Assembly (NCBI GenBank): GCA_030390025.1
Contig: CM059438.1
Span: 35,774,001-35,838,000 of the forward strand
Source of the DNA: Squalus acanthias
Taxonomy: Eukaryota
Direction of reading: 5' to 3'
Length of the DNA: 64,000 bases
Both the position numbers and the translations under genes were made by a program. Shown piece by piece: positions 1 through 11,226 of the stretch (positions within the stretch are counted from its first letter, which is position 1; every line of letters begins with the position of its first letter). The notes beneath the pieces are model-generated. The model was not told the origin of the DNA. It saw only the letters and a list, made by a program, of their open reading frames with translations, and did no database searches.

Positions 1-714
1 TTGTTGCCAACTAGTCCCACTTCACTTTTTGCCTGAAAGGCAAAGTCACCTTATCTAGATGCAAGCTGGCGTGGGGCTGATTATTGGCAACAGTCATGGC
101 CAGGTGTAATCTGAAAATATCCAGGCTGTGTCAGTTTTAAAATCATCTCTCTTAATTGTGTTGACAGCTGCATGTCTACAGGCAATGCAAAATGTCAAAC
201 TCTCGCAATGTCAAGTGAAGGCAGAAAACAGACCTTTTGGAATCTAACTGGCAGGGACAACAGTCAGCATAGAAAAGCCTAGGTAATAGATATCAATTCC
301 AATTAGAACATTTAGCAGCGAGTTAATGCACCTCTACTAGGGATTAGTTCAGAACCTAGTTACGTTACTCGTATAAGCTCCTACTCCAAAGCAAAGCTGT
401 TGCATTGGAAATGGAGATGCAGCTCAGTAAAATATCTACAATATATTAAAAATGTTAAGTCTGCACACACTTATAAATTCCTATGGCCATTATTTAAAAA
501 AAATGTAAATTGCCCATGTGTAAACTGGTTATGCTTTAATTATATCAGCCAACCAGTGCAGCCTCAGTTTTGCATCTCATCAGCTTGAGCAGCAGAGATA
601 CACCTATGCTCCAACCAATTTTACTTCTGAAATTGCTGTAAACCTTGGTATTTAATTAAATATAAAATCAAAATTAGGATAGAATGCATGACTTTACATT
701 CTGAAACAAAAGCA

Positions 715-780
715 AAAGACTGCAGATGCTGGAAATCAAATAAAAAATGCTGAAAACACTCAGCAGGTCAGGCAGCATCT

Positions 781-825
<45 letters not shown>

Positions 826-950
826 AAAAATGAGAATTTCAGGTTGATGACCTTTCCTCAGAACTGGGTCACCAACCTGAAATGTTAACATCCATATATA
901 CACAGATGCTGCCTGACCAGCTGAGTGTTCCCAAAATGTTGTGTTTTTAA
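715..950. mobile_element. Head-to-head inverted pair of Penelope-type terminal repeats containing a (GA)n tract
   Basis: Outer arms 757-781/903-927 are 24/25 complementary; inner arms 836-852/867-883 are 16/17. Same family as 14416-14518 and 45450-45575. Confidence 0.65.
784..830 (+). repeat. (GA)n microsatellite followed by an A10 run
   Basis: Directly visible. Confidence 0.95.
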
Positions 951-989
951 ATTGAATTAAATTGTTGAATTATATATTTGTCTCCCTTT

Positions 990-1200
990 GCCCCATCTTG
1001 CCTGTGTCGGATCTTTTGAAAGAGCGATTGAATTAGTCCCACTCTGCCTATAGCCCTGTGAAGGTTTCCTTTTCAAGTATTTATCCAATTCCCTTTTGAA
1101 AGTTACTATTGTATCTGCTTCCACCAGCCTTTCAGGCAGCGCATTCCAGGTTATAACTCAGTGTAAAAAAAAAAAAAAAAATCCTCATCTCTCTGGTTCT
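990..1200 (-). mobile_element. CR1-like LINE 3' end fragment (subfamily B)
   Basis: Reverse complement resembles the 3' ends at 22800-23019 and 61170-61378. Confidence 0.7.
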
Positions 1201-2558
1201 ATTACCAATTACACGTATGGTAAATGCATCAAGAAGAAAAAAAATGAAACTGCAAAGCCTGTGCCCAAAAATGCTGACTTCACCTGTTACGCCATGATCG
1301 ACAGTGGTGTATTTAAAAGTAAAATTCTGTGCAGCCAAAAATCATGGGCACTATCCTAACTACCTTCAGCCCACCTCACATTTCCTAGGATCAAAAGCAA
1401 TTTGAAGAGAAGTTTAGATGTATTCTCACTTTCATTCAAATGCCCTTAAATTGCTTAAGCTTTGGATTCTTTAAGTACAGCTGGGGCTTAACCAGTAGCA
1501 CAGATAAGCCTGACCAGCCAAGACTGCACTCCCCATCAATGCATCATCTTTCAGGGTTACGTGGAACCCACTGGAAAAAAAATCCTGCCCCGAATGACAG
1601 CTCCAAGTCCTATTGATGAGCTAGGCACAATGGTCAAACAACAAAGCACTGCAGACCTGCCTGGTTCAGGTATTGGATTACCAACAATGGCAGAGTTGAC
1701 TCAACCAATCCTCCAATTCTAGGTGCGTCAACTAGACCCAAATCCCTGGTGCAAATCTTTGTCTTCACCCCCTGAGCAGTAATCTGGTGGAGCAGATGAA
1801 CGACCCTTTACAGAAGCCACCTGATTTTCAATCCAGCGATATCAATGGAAGCTAATTAGATATGCTTTTAGAAGGCTCTCCATCAAATGATAAATTGAAA
1901 TATACAAATTCATTTATTAGGACCTCGTGCAATCCAGCATAAACTTTAGACACTAAACAAAGCAGAAGTGCCATTTGGCAAAGTAAAAACACAGTAAACT
2001 TCAGAACAAAATTCCACATCAGGTTGAACAGTTTCTCGTAAGCAGAAAGTGAATCATGAAGGCAAACTCTTGGATTCTGCAACTCATTCAAAAAACCTTA
2101 AAAACGACTAGATCACCAATAGAGCACTTCAAATACAGCATTTGAGTTATCAGAAAAACATGAGAAATAGAAAACAGGGGCTAGCAAAAGTTCACTGCAA
2201 AACTGCAGGAGTTTGTAGTTTGTTTTTAGAAAGTTCAAGATGCTGCTTGAAAATTAAAAACGGTACGACTGTACATGTGAAAATACTTCTACAGACATTA
2301 GAATTGCAGTATCATGATCCTACTTGTTTTTCTAGACCGTCACGTGTCAGTATGAGGATATCTAAACTCAAGTGTTGGTGTTTAGTCTCCACATTCAAGT
2401 TGGGCATTGAATTTCAAACAGGGATCTCTTATTGCATTAGGTTTGTGAGCATGCTTTAACCATTTCCATTAATAAATTGAAATATTGAGAAAAAACAAAA
2501 TGAAAGTACTTAAAGTAACATAATTGGGAATACAAAAAAAAGCACAAAACGACATTAC

Positions 2559-2657
2559 CTTTAGTGTATCATAACCTTTCTGAAGATAGTTGGCACATCG
2601 GTCATGCTCTCCTACAGATGCATAAAACTTGCTCCACCAATCGATCGATTCATCCTT
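2559..2657 (-). CDS. MYOF: MYOF exon ~40: [33 protein letters not shown]
   Basis: 99 nt, phase 0-0, tag|AAG...AAG|gtaatg; conserved ferlin DWWSKFYAS motif. Confidence 0.95.
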
Positions 2658-3561
2658 CTACATACAAGAAACATTAAACCTCCTTAGCAAAATAACTTCA
2701 TTAAAAGACATGCAGTAATTACAGAACACTGAGCTCAAATAGTAATAGCTGCTGCCAGAGGAACTTGGGTCCCAACCTGCCCACAGACTGCTAAATGAGC
2801 TTTCACTATACTAGTTAATATGGATCTTCTTTACATCAGGGAGGGTCCCAGTCAGACTGCATGTGTAAGCCTTGGTTATGCGAAGTTGCCTTATAGGAGA
2901 GCAAATTTGCATATGCAAATCTTGTAAATTTATCTGTTGACTTCTGATCTGACTTTGCATTAGCATGGCTTCACAATTTAGTAAAATATTTTATAATGCA
3001 ACAAACCCAAATAGAATATTCTGTAGAGCTCACTTTAGAATGCAAGTATTTTCTCCCCCTGACCTTGTACGACTTAAGATATTAAAACATTTCTTCCCTT
3101 TATCCTTTCTATTCTGAAAAAGGTGATTCATGGTGGAATTATTTCCCAAGGGCAACAGCCTTTTAAGTCTCAACCAAAATCACTGTCCTTCATGTGAGGT
3201 GTGGACAGTGAATCTATTTGACCGTTACATTCAAAGCTCAATCTTTTCCTTGCCAGTATCATCATTTGCAAGCTTCCAGCAGGTTTCGTGGGATAGCCAA
3301 CAGCAGAAACTCTAATTATTTCCCCATTCCTTAGTCTTGGTAATGCATTCGCCCTCAGCTGGCCAAGCTCCAGGGATCCTGGTCTGTATAAACTTAGTGC
3401 CACACACGTATCCAGTAAAACATTGGGGTGGGGGGGGGTGGTGGAAGAGGGAAGAACAACCAATACATTGGATATTAGGGTTTACGATAATCCAATTTCT
3501 CCATTAATAAAACTTTAAAACACTCATCTACACTACAGAAAAAATTTACTTGACACTTGAT

Positions 3562-3905
3562 GGCCAAAATTTTGTTGAGGGAGGGAGAGAGCGTGCCCTG
3601 GATCCAGGAAGTAGGTATAAAGCCTCTTGGATGCAGCCATCCCTGCCTTTGTTTAATTGCCAGGTTTCACGAACTGTGAGAAACCCGTCCACAGGCAGTT
3701 AAAAACAAGATGGAGGAGAAAAGAGGCTTCCAGCCTCATTACAATATTTAAATTGTGGCAACGCCCCCGGCAGCAACTCGGTCGCCCGCCCCTCCTCCGG
3801 GGAAACTGGAAGTAGGCGGAATCAGGTCGGGATTCACATTTTTTTTACAATTTAACTGCCCCCACGCTCCAAATCCACCAGTTTTTGATGGGAAAATTCC
3901 GGCCA
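3562..3905. mobile_element. MITE-like non-autonomous DNA element
   Basis: Ends ggccaaaatttt / aaaattccggcc; internal sequence shared with 43365-43822. Confidence 0.6.
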
Positions 3906-3914
3906 AAGTCTCCA

Positions 3915-4290
3915 TTGCCAAGCCATACAGATCAGGAAGGTTCCAGTTTCAAGCTTGGTCTGTCCCAAGCTAGTTAATTTACCTGGGGTACCTTGGGTTA
4001 GGGAGACAAAAGAAAGACCAGCCAGGGTTTGTGCGTCTGCTTGCTATCCAGGAATTCCTAGTGCAAGCGCTCCTGTTTGAACCCTAGCCAAGGACGGGAT
4101 GGAGCACAAATGGCATCCCTAATCTAGACCATCTTTGTGATCAATGGATGTGCTCCAGAATCAGATAGCCTGCTGGCACTCACATGGGCAAGAAACCAGG
4201 TGACAACGGCCACCTTTGGGATGATCAGTGAGGAGGTCAAACACTCGGTAAAGGGGGAGGAAAGGAAATTGGGGGGGGAAAAAAAAAAAA
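3915..4290 (+). mobile_element. Ancient tRNA-derived SINE (AmnSINE2-like by recall), diverged copy
   Basis: Motifs agccatacagatcaggaaggttcc, gccagggtt and ttgctatccag are shared with about 11 other copies in the window. Confidence 0.6.
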
Positions 4291-4443
4291 CTGAATAGGC
4301 CAGAGGTGTCAATATTACCTCAAATATTGAGACAATGTCAAAATGTCCCCCTTAGTATTGGTTACATGAGAAAAATAAACTAATGCCTTTCCAGTTGCAC
4401 CTTGCATTTAACAAAGTAAAACATCAATCAAAATTAGACTTAC

Positions 4444-4452
4444 CTTTACAGT
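4444..4452 (-). CDS. MYOF: Candidate 9-nt MYOF microexon (TVK), exon ~39 position
   Basis: cag|ACT GTA AAG|gtaagt. Upstream CACTAAC branch point, pyrimidine tract and about 97 nt without AG. Phase 0-0. Confidence 0.7.
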
Positions 4453-5259
4453 CTGTTCACAGCATTGAATCGTTCATCAATACCACATCGAGAATGATGG
4501 AAAGCAAGTGGAGGAAAGAAAATGAAGTTAGTGATCAGAATAGTGAGAGCGCTTTTTACCAATCCAAATGGCTAACATGCATTTGTAGGTAGGAAAAAGT
4601 AATCAAAACAATTTTCTGTTGCAGGGGAGAGGGCTTCATTATGGATAAACCCACCATTCCCACCAAGAGAAGATTCCTAAAAGCATGAGTTTATTACATA
4701 CCTCTTCAGGAAGTCATCCAGCTAAAATTAGTTTCTAAACGTAGATTAATTTGCACTTTAACTACATGCTGAATCTTGTGTTAGGATTCAATGCAAAAAG
4801 GCTACAACAGATTAAAATTTCTGGTTTTGGTTAGTGTTGTATTTTTCCTCTCAAGTTGGATTTAAGTTGTTGGGAGAAATAAAACAAATGGACTATGTAG
4901 GTCTCTGCAAAAATGAAGGTATGTAATGAACAAGTATTGGTTAGTATCACCACTATTCAACTCCAAAAAAGGAAATTCTCTTACAATACAACCTTATGTA
5001 CTGATCATGCATGATGTTCTGTAAAGCTGTTAAATGACAGGGAATGAAACAGAAATCACCCGATTTATAGTTCAGTCATAAATCCAAAAGTTTCACATTT
5101 CCTTCATGGTATTTAGAGACACGATCCCTTTCTATCAGCCTACACAGTCTTCACTGAACTTTTTAAACCCACACAGCATTATTGACATGTGAAGACACAG
5201 TTCTTCATGCTATTTACTGTCTTACAATACAGTACAATTGCACAGCACGCAATACATAC

Positions 5260-5316
5260 CTGGGAAGAACGAAAGGCAGCCAGTCCTTCAGAATTTTTCA
5301 TATCAATGGGCACCAT
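5260..5316 (-). CDS. MYOF: Candidate 57-nt cassette exon MVPIDMKNSEGLAAFRSSQ
   Basis: aag|ATG...CAG|gtatgt, phase 0-0, no stop; pyrimidine tract set back from a weak AAG acceptor. Confidence 0.5.
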
Positions 5317-6765
5317 CTTTGATTTTTTCCAATAAGAAAAGATAGAGTTTAACAATGCTGTATAGTTTAAAGCTGGCCTTTGTCAGACTTTTGTGTGTCA
5401 TCGGTTTAACCCGTAGTCTGTGTAGGCTAGCATAGGAGATAGTGTCTTTATCGATTCAAAAGATTTTATCAACTGTATGCAAATGAGATTTGGGAGTAGA
5501 TTATTTTCATCTGTACATCAATAGAGAAACTTTTTTTTTTTGAAAAAGAAATCTTTTACCATCACAATCAAAAAGCGGTGTCTGCCAATAGCTAGCTTTC
5601 TGTGGAATTCTTAACAGTAGGGTCCTAAATCTAAACAAAGGAAACTACAAAAGGTATGAGGAGTGAGTTGGCTATCAGATTGGGGAGCTTCATTAAAAGG
5701 CATGATTGTGGATTGGCAATGGCTAACATTTATGGAACGAATGCATGAATTGCAACAGTTATACATTCCTTTCTGGCGCAAAAACACAAGAAAAAGTGGC
5801 CCAACCATGGCTAACAAAATAAATTAAAGGATAGTATTAGATCCAAAGAGGAGTCATATAAAGTTGCCAGAAAAAGTAGCAAGCTTGAGAATTGGGAGCA
5901 GTTTAGAATTCAGCAAAAAAGGACCAAGAGATTGATTACGAGGGGGGGATAAAGAGAATACGAGAGTAAACTTGCAAGGAACAAAAGCAGACTGTAAAAT
6001 CTTCTACAAGTATGTAAAAAGAAAGAGATTAGTGAAGACAAATGTACGTCCTTACAGTCAGAAATGGGAGAATTTATAATGGGGAACAAGGAAATGGCAG
6101 AACAATTAAACAAATACTTTGGTTCTGTCTTCACGGAAGAGGACAAATATTTTCCCAGAAATGCTAGGGAACCAAGGGTCTAGTGAGAAGGAGGAATTAA
6201 AAGAAGTTATTAGTAAAAAAAGTGCTGGAGAAATTAATGGGACTGAAAGCCGATAAATCCCCAGGGTCTGAATCTGCATCCCAGAGTACTAAAAAAGGAG
6301 GTAGCCATGGAAATAGTGGATGCATTGGTTGTCATCTTCCAAAATTCTAGATTATGGAACTGTTCCTGCAGATTGGAGGATGGCAAATGTAACCCCACTA
6401 TTTAAAAAAAGAGAAAACAGGGAACTACAGACCGGTTAGCCTAATATCAGTAGTAGGGAAAATGCTAGAGTCTATTATAAAGGATGTGATAATAGGACAC
6501 TTAGAAAATATCAACAGGATTAGACAAAGTCAACATGGATTAATGAAAGGGAAATCATGTTTGACAAACCTACTGGAGTTTTTGAGGATGTAACTGGTAG
6601 AATAGATAAGGGAGAACCAGTGGATGTGGTGTATTTGGATTTTCAGAAGGCCTTTGATAAAGTCCCACATAAGAGGTTAGTGTGCAAAATTAAAGCACAT
6701 GGGATTGGGGTAATATACTGGCATGGATTGAAAATTGGTTAACAGACAGGAAACAGTAGGAATAA

Positions 6766-6853
6766 TCATAGAAAGTTACAGCATGGAAGGAGGCCATTTC
6801 GGCCCATCGTGTCTGCGCCAGCCGACAAAGAGCTATCCAGCCTAAGCTGAAGA
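6766..6853 (-). mobile_element. Short LINE/SINE 3'-tail fragment nested antisense inside the CR1
   Basis: Interrupts ggaataa^aatggg of the host (uninterrupted in the 15137-16531 copy); resembles 23821-23900. Confidence 0.75.
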
Positions 6854-7598
6854 AATGGGTCTTTTTCGGGGTGGCAGGCGGTGACTAGTGGGATACCGCA
6901 GGGATCAGTGCTCGGGCCCCAGCTATTCACAATATATATCAATGATTTGGATGAGGGAACCAAATGTAACATTTCCAAGTTTGCTGACGACATGAAACTA
7001 GGTGGGATTGTGAGTTGTGAGGGAGGATGCAAAGAGGCTTCAAGGCGATTTAGACAAGTTGAGTGAGTGGGCAAATACATGGCAGATGCAGTATAACGTG
7101 GATAAATGTGAAGTTATCCACTTCGGTCGGAAAAACAGAAAGGTAGAGTATTATTTAAATGGCGATAGATTGGGAAATGTTGATGTACAAAAGGGACCTG
7201 GGTGTCCTTGTATACCAGTCACTGAAAGCAAACATGCAGGTGCAGCAAGCAGTTAGGAAGGCAAATGGTATGTTGGCCTTCATTGCAAGAGGATGGGAGT
7301 ACAGGAGCAAGGATGTCTTATTACAGTTATACAGGGCCTTGGTGAGACCACACCTGGAGTACTGTGTGCAGTTTTGGTCTCCTTACCCAAGAAAGGATAT
7401 ACTTGCCACAGGGGGACTGCAGCAAAGGTTCACCAGATTGATTCCTGGGATGGCAGGTCTGTCGTATGAGGAGAGATTGGGTCGACTAGGCCTGTTTTCA
7501 CTAGAGTTTAGAAGAATGAGAGGGGATCTCATTGAAATGTATAAAATTCTGACCGGGCTAGACAGACTGGATGCAGGGTGGATGTTTCCCCTGGCTGT

Positions 7599-7604
7599 GG
7601 GGGG

Positions 7605-7642
<38 letters not shown>
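7599..7642 (+). repeat. Poly-G tract (uninterrupted G run 7608-7642) within CR1
   Basis: Directly visible; other CR1 copies have only a short G run here. Confidence 0.9.
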
Positions 7643-7643
<1 letters not shown>

Positions 7644-8559
7644 GGGAGGAGGAGGGAAGAGGTCTAGACCAAGGTCAGTGTCTCAGGATATGGGGTAGGA
7701 CATTTTAGGACTGAGATGAGGAGAAATTTCTTCACTCGAGGGTGGTGAACCTGTGGAATTCTCTACCACAGAAGGCTGGAGGCCAAGTCACTGAATATAT
7801 TTAAGGAGATAGATAGATTTCTAGACACAAAAGGCATCAAGGGGTATGGGGAGAGAGAGGATCAGCCATGATCATATTGAATAGCGGAGCAGGCTCGAAG
7901 GGCCTACTCCTGCTCCTATTTTTCTATGTTTCTAACCATGGAGGCTCCATACTAGGGGTTTCATTTTACGATACATACCAGTATTAAAAATTTCATATGC
8001 CAACACAAAATTCAGAATTTTAGGTGAAGGTGTAACGCACAAAAAATTACAACTGCCTCCATTGTACAAAATGTGCAAATCCATACTGTGAAGAGCTTGT
8101 TACGATAAATCTCATAAGCTTCAGCTTTGAAGATTCTCCAGGCAAACCCCACACAGAAATAAACCAGATTTGAAGTAAAAACAGAAAGCTCAGAAGAGCA
8201 TTCTTATTGGAATATGTCCCGTATTAAAAAAAAACTTGCATTTTAGTACCTTTTACATAATGTTCAGAGCAGCATTGGATGCTAGAAGTTACTATATGAA
8301 GCAACAGAAAGGATTGAAAACAGAAATAAACCTTCAACAGTGGCAGCAACTCCAGTAAACATAGGTCATTGATTCTGAAGCAGGTTATTCGTTTTTTTTT
8401 TTTTTTAAATCGGTCATCATATTCAAGTGTATTCTGGGAACAAATAGCCTTTATTTGGGCTTTAAGCATTAGCCGATAATCCAGTTGTAGTTGTACTTGC
8501 TTGAGAAGGTCAAGATTGGACGACTTCTTCTCCCCCTGCCCCCCCCCCCCCCAAATCAC

Positions 8560-8740
8560 AGCAGAGGCAGATCCCGTCCGACATGGGCACTGTGCCAGCT
8601 TAATTCACTGGATAATTACATCAGGACGACAATTACTGCCCCGGCTGAGATAAGCAAACTCAGCACAAACCCAGGATTCTGTTAATATGTACGGCTCAAT
8701 ATTACTGGATGGAGTTCATTTATGCACTAGCTATTTGGAG
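8560..8740 (-). mobile_element. AmnSINE2-like SINE 5' fragment
   Basis: Reverse complement carries gtgctgagtttgcttatctcagccggg. Confidence 0.45.
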
Positions 8741-9152
8741 ACAAGTGAACTAACTTGAGACTCAGACCCAGTTACCTTGCATATCTACACTATAAAACAT
8801 TTGAAATGGGATTATTTGGTAGTGATTTGATGGATTGATAAGTAAAAGATGCAAGATGGGAGTTTATGTAGGACTGAAATTCATAAATATCCTTAGATTT
8901 ACGGTTTGTGAAGTGGTGATTTCCACACATTTCAATTAGTTTTCAGTGCAAATCCTAATAGATTAGAATTAGCAGGTTTCCCAACTTCACAATTGAGCCA
9001 GGTTTCACCAAAAGAGCTTACTTTAGTATTGCTAATGAAAGTGAAACCTGAATTTAAAGAATTGTCTTCTCTCCTTTTCCTCTTCACCTGTGATGCTGCT
9101 CAAGATTTCTTGGAGGAAAGTAGAATAGTTGGAATATTAAAAAGGAAGTTTC

Positions 9153-9530
9153 TCTGATGGCTTAGAAGTTAAGGTGCCACCTTTGAGCCATGGTCGTCCA
9201 GGAACATCCCAGAATTGATTTACTTTGAGTTAACCAATCTCAGCCAAGAGAGCACAAGTGGCCACAGCATGCTCAGGTTAGGAAAAGTAAACAAAATAGA
9301 CAGGTCTGTCACTTTCCAGTAATCTCTGCTGAAAGTGTTGTGCTGATGCTGGACAAGAACAGAATCAGACTCAGCTGCGATATCTTCCACAGTCCAATAG
9401 CCTGCCGACAAGATTCGGACACGAATCGCCACTTGGTAAGGATTAAAATCTCTACCCCCTTCAAACCGTGGACCCATATCCCAAGCTGCCAGTACTTTAA
9501 GAGTGGCCGGGGTGGGGGGGAGAAAGAGAG
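9153..9530 (+). mobile_element. AmnSINE2-like SINE, diverged
   Basis: Family motifs gagttaaccaatctcagcc and aatagcctgccgaca. Confidence 0.55.
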
Positions 9531-10235
9531 CTTGAATAGTTAAGATATATATAAAAAGTAAATAGTAAAAACCAAGAGAGAATGGGAAAGGGGAGCGAAT
9601 AAGAGACAGAATCAGATGTAAACTTAATTTAAAAAGCTATTTCAAGCATTCCTATTTTGACATGCAAGTAGCTTTATTGATGTAACATTCAAGGGGAAGG
9701 GAGGGATATTTGTCAGATCATGTGAGCAGAGAAAAAAATGGCTGGCCTAGGGATGTGAAGACTCCTAGAGCTACCGACAGTGTTAAATCTTTACCAATTA
9801 AAAGATATCATGGTCTGTTGCGCTTTTCATACTGTTTAAGTTTTTAATCTTTAGCATAGGAGGTTAATTTTCTTTGGGTGAAAAAGAGGGGGAACAACTA
9901 CCTGCAAAATTAATTGCAAACCAGAGTACATTCATAGACATAAAATAATATGTACAAGATTGCTAGACATGACATACTTTTATGAATTGGGACCCTGAGT
10001 GAATGCTGAAGTCAATTGTAACAAAGTGAGCTTACAATTCATTCTAATTTAGAGATCAAGCATTTCTAGCAGAAAGTGCTAGCTACTGGCAGACAGTTTA
10101 ACTACAAGACAATATATGTAGCAGATACTGGCACTCCCATAATTTCATGCAACATACAGTGGTAGAAAAAAAATCCAGTGTAACCACCTAAACCCTGAGT
10201 ATTGTCATCTCTTTGTATTCACTTTCCATACATAC

Positions 10236-10292
10236 ATGCAGTGCTGATGAAGTAGTCATTTTGACGACTGCTTTGGTCATACTGTCTACAAA
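10236..10292 (-). CDS. MYOF: MYOF exon 38a-like cassette FVDSMTKAVVKMTTSSALH
   Basis: ttctaactttcag|TTT...CAT|gtatgt, 57 nt, phase 0-0; resembles the recalled human exon 38a peptide CLSSMSTALSKMASPATVH. Confidence 0.85.
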
Positions 10293-10900
10293 CTGAAAGT
10301 TAGAACACATCGTGTGAGTTCCATCTAGTGTGGGTTTGAAAAGTTATACTCTTTACCCACGCCACTCACTCGACCAATATTAAAATGTCAAAACGTTTCA
10401 TCAGCCCTACACATTACAGTTTGCACAGATTACATAATGGGCCTAGCAACACAGCAAACATACAATCTGTAAAATAATAGAAATACATTATGCAATCCAT
10501 AGCATACAAAAACAAAATGTAATAGAATCCAGGCCACTGCATCAATAGAGACCAGACTCAGGTTTGTATTGAAAATGTCTCAAGAATTGGTATTCTAAAC
10601 TCTTATCCAAATTGGTCAACAATTTGCGGCATGATTTACCTCGAGCTTGCCAGTGTTTGGATTGAACAGTACTTCTTCGTGGATTATTAACCTTAAACAA
10701 ATCACATCCTGTAGCATGCCAATACATCATCTGTTCAATTCACAAACTGATTTTAATCCTGAGAGAGTTCTCGCCCCACAGAATATTTAAGTTACTTCTT
10801 TGGTTTTGTGAGGGGGAAAAAAAAGTGATCGCAGGAAGTTCACTTAAATACCAAAGCTTTGAATGATTTTTCCTGTCACTAAAAAGATGGAGCACATTAC

Positions 10901-10974
10901 CTGTGATTCCAGGAGAGGCTTTTGGTTGTCTTCCACATCAATGACACAATCGCGAGCGCTTGAAAGTAGAGATG
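10901..10974 (-). CDS. MYOF: MYOF exon ~38: (A)SLLSSARDCVIDVEDNQKPLLESQ
   Basis: 74 nt, phase 1-0, GT-AG. Confidence 0.9.
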
Positions 10975-11129
10975 CTGCATGAAATGAAGACTACATCAGC
11001 ATACTAGCAATTTTAGAAATTAATAAAGGGGTAATGCCATGAAAATGTATCCAGGCAAGACAGACAGTGAATACAATACATTCAAAAAAGTGTTTTTTTA
11101 AAAAATTGCATTTTAAGAACACAGCCCAC

Positions 11130-11226
11130 ATAACGACTGTACTTCAAAAGTAATCCATAGGTCTTAAAGCACTTTGGAACATGCCGAGTTTGTGAAAGGT
11201 GCTATATAAATCCAAGCTTGTTCTTT
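11130..11226 (+). mobile_element. SINE/L2-type 3' tail fragment
   Basis: aagcactttggaac...aaaggtgctatataaatccaag resembles the tails at 33610-33670 and 38720-38770. Confidence 0.55.

Larger units (their letters stand above)
5615..7934 (+). mobile_element. 5'-truncated CR1-like LINE (subfamily A), disrupted ORF2 reverse transcriptase
   Basis: Motifs YLDFQKAFDKVPH, GIPQGSVLGP, KFADD, RPHLEYCVQFW with frameshifts; 3' tail cctactcctgctcctatttttctatgtttcta. Confidence 0.95.

Noticed and set aside
4702-4721. tag|20 nt|gtatgt exon-like unit
   Set aside because: Not a multiple of 3, weak acceptor context, and no supporting homology.
7159-7698. 179-aa ORF with a glycine-rich tail
   Set aside because: CR1 ORF2 fragment; the glycines come from the poly-G tract.
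8776-8784. Alternative 9-nt microexon ATA TGC AAG
   Set aside because: A competing AG lies 5 nt upstream and the pyrimidine tract is poor; much weaker than 4444-4452.
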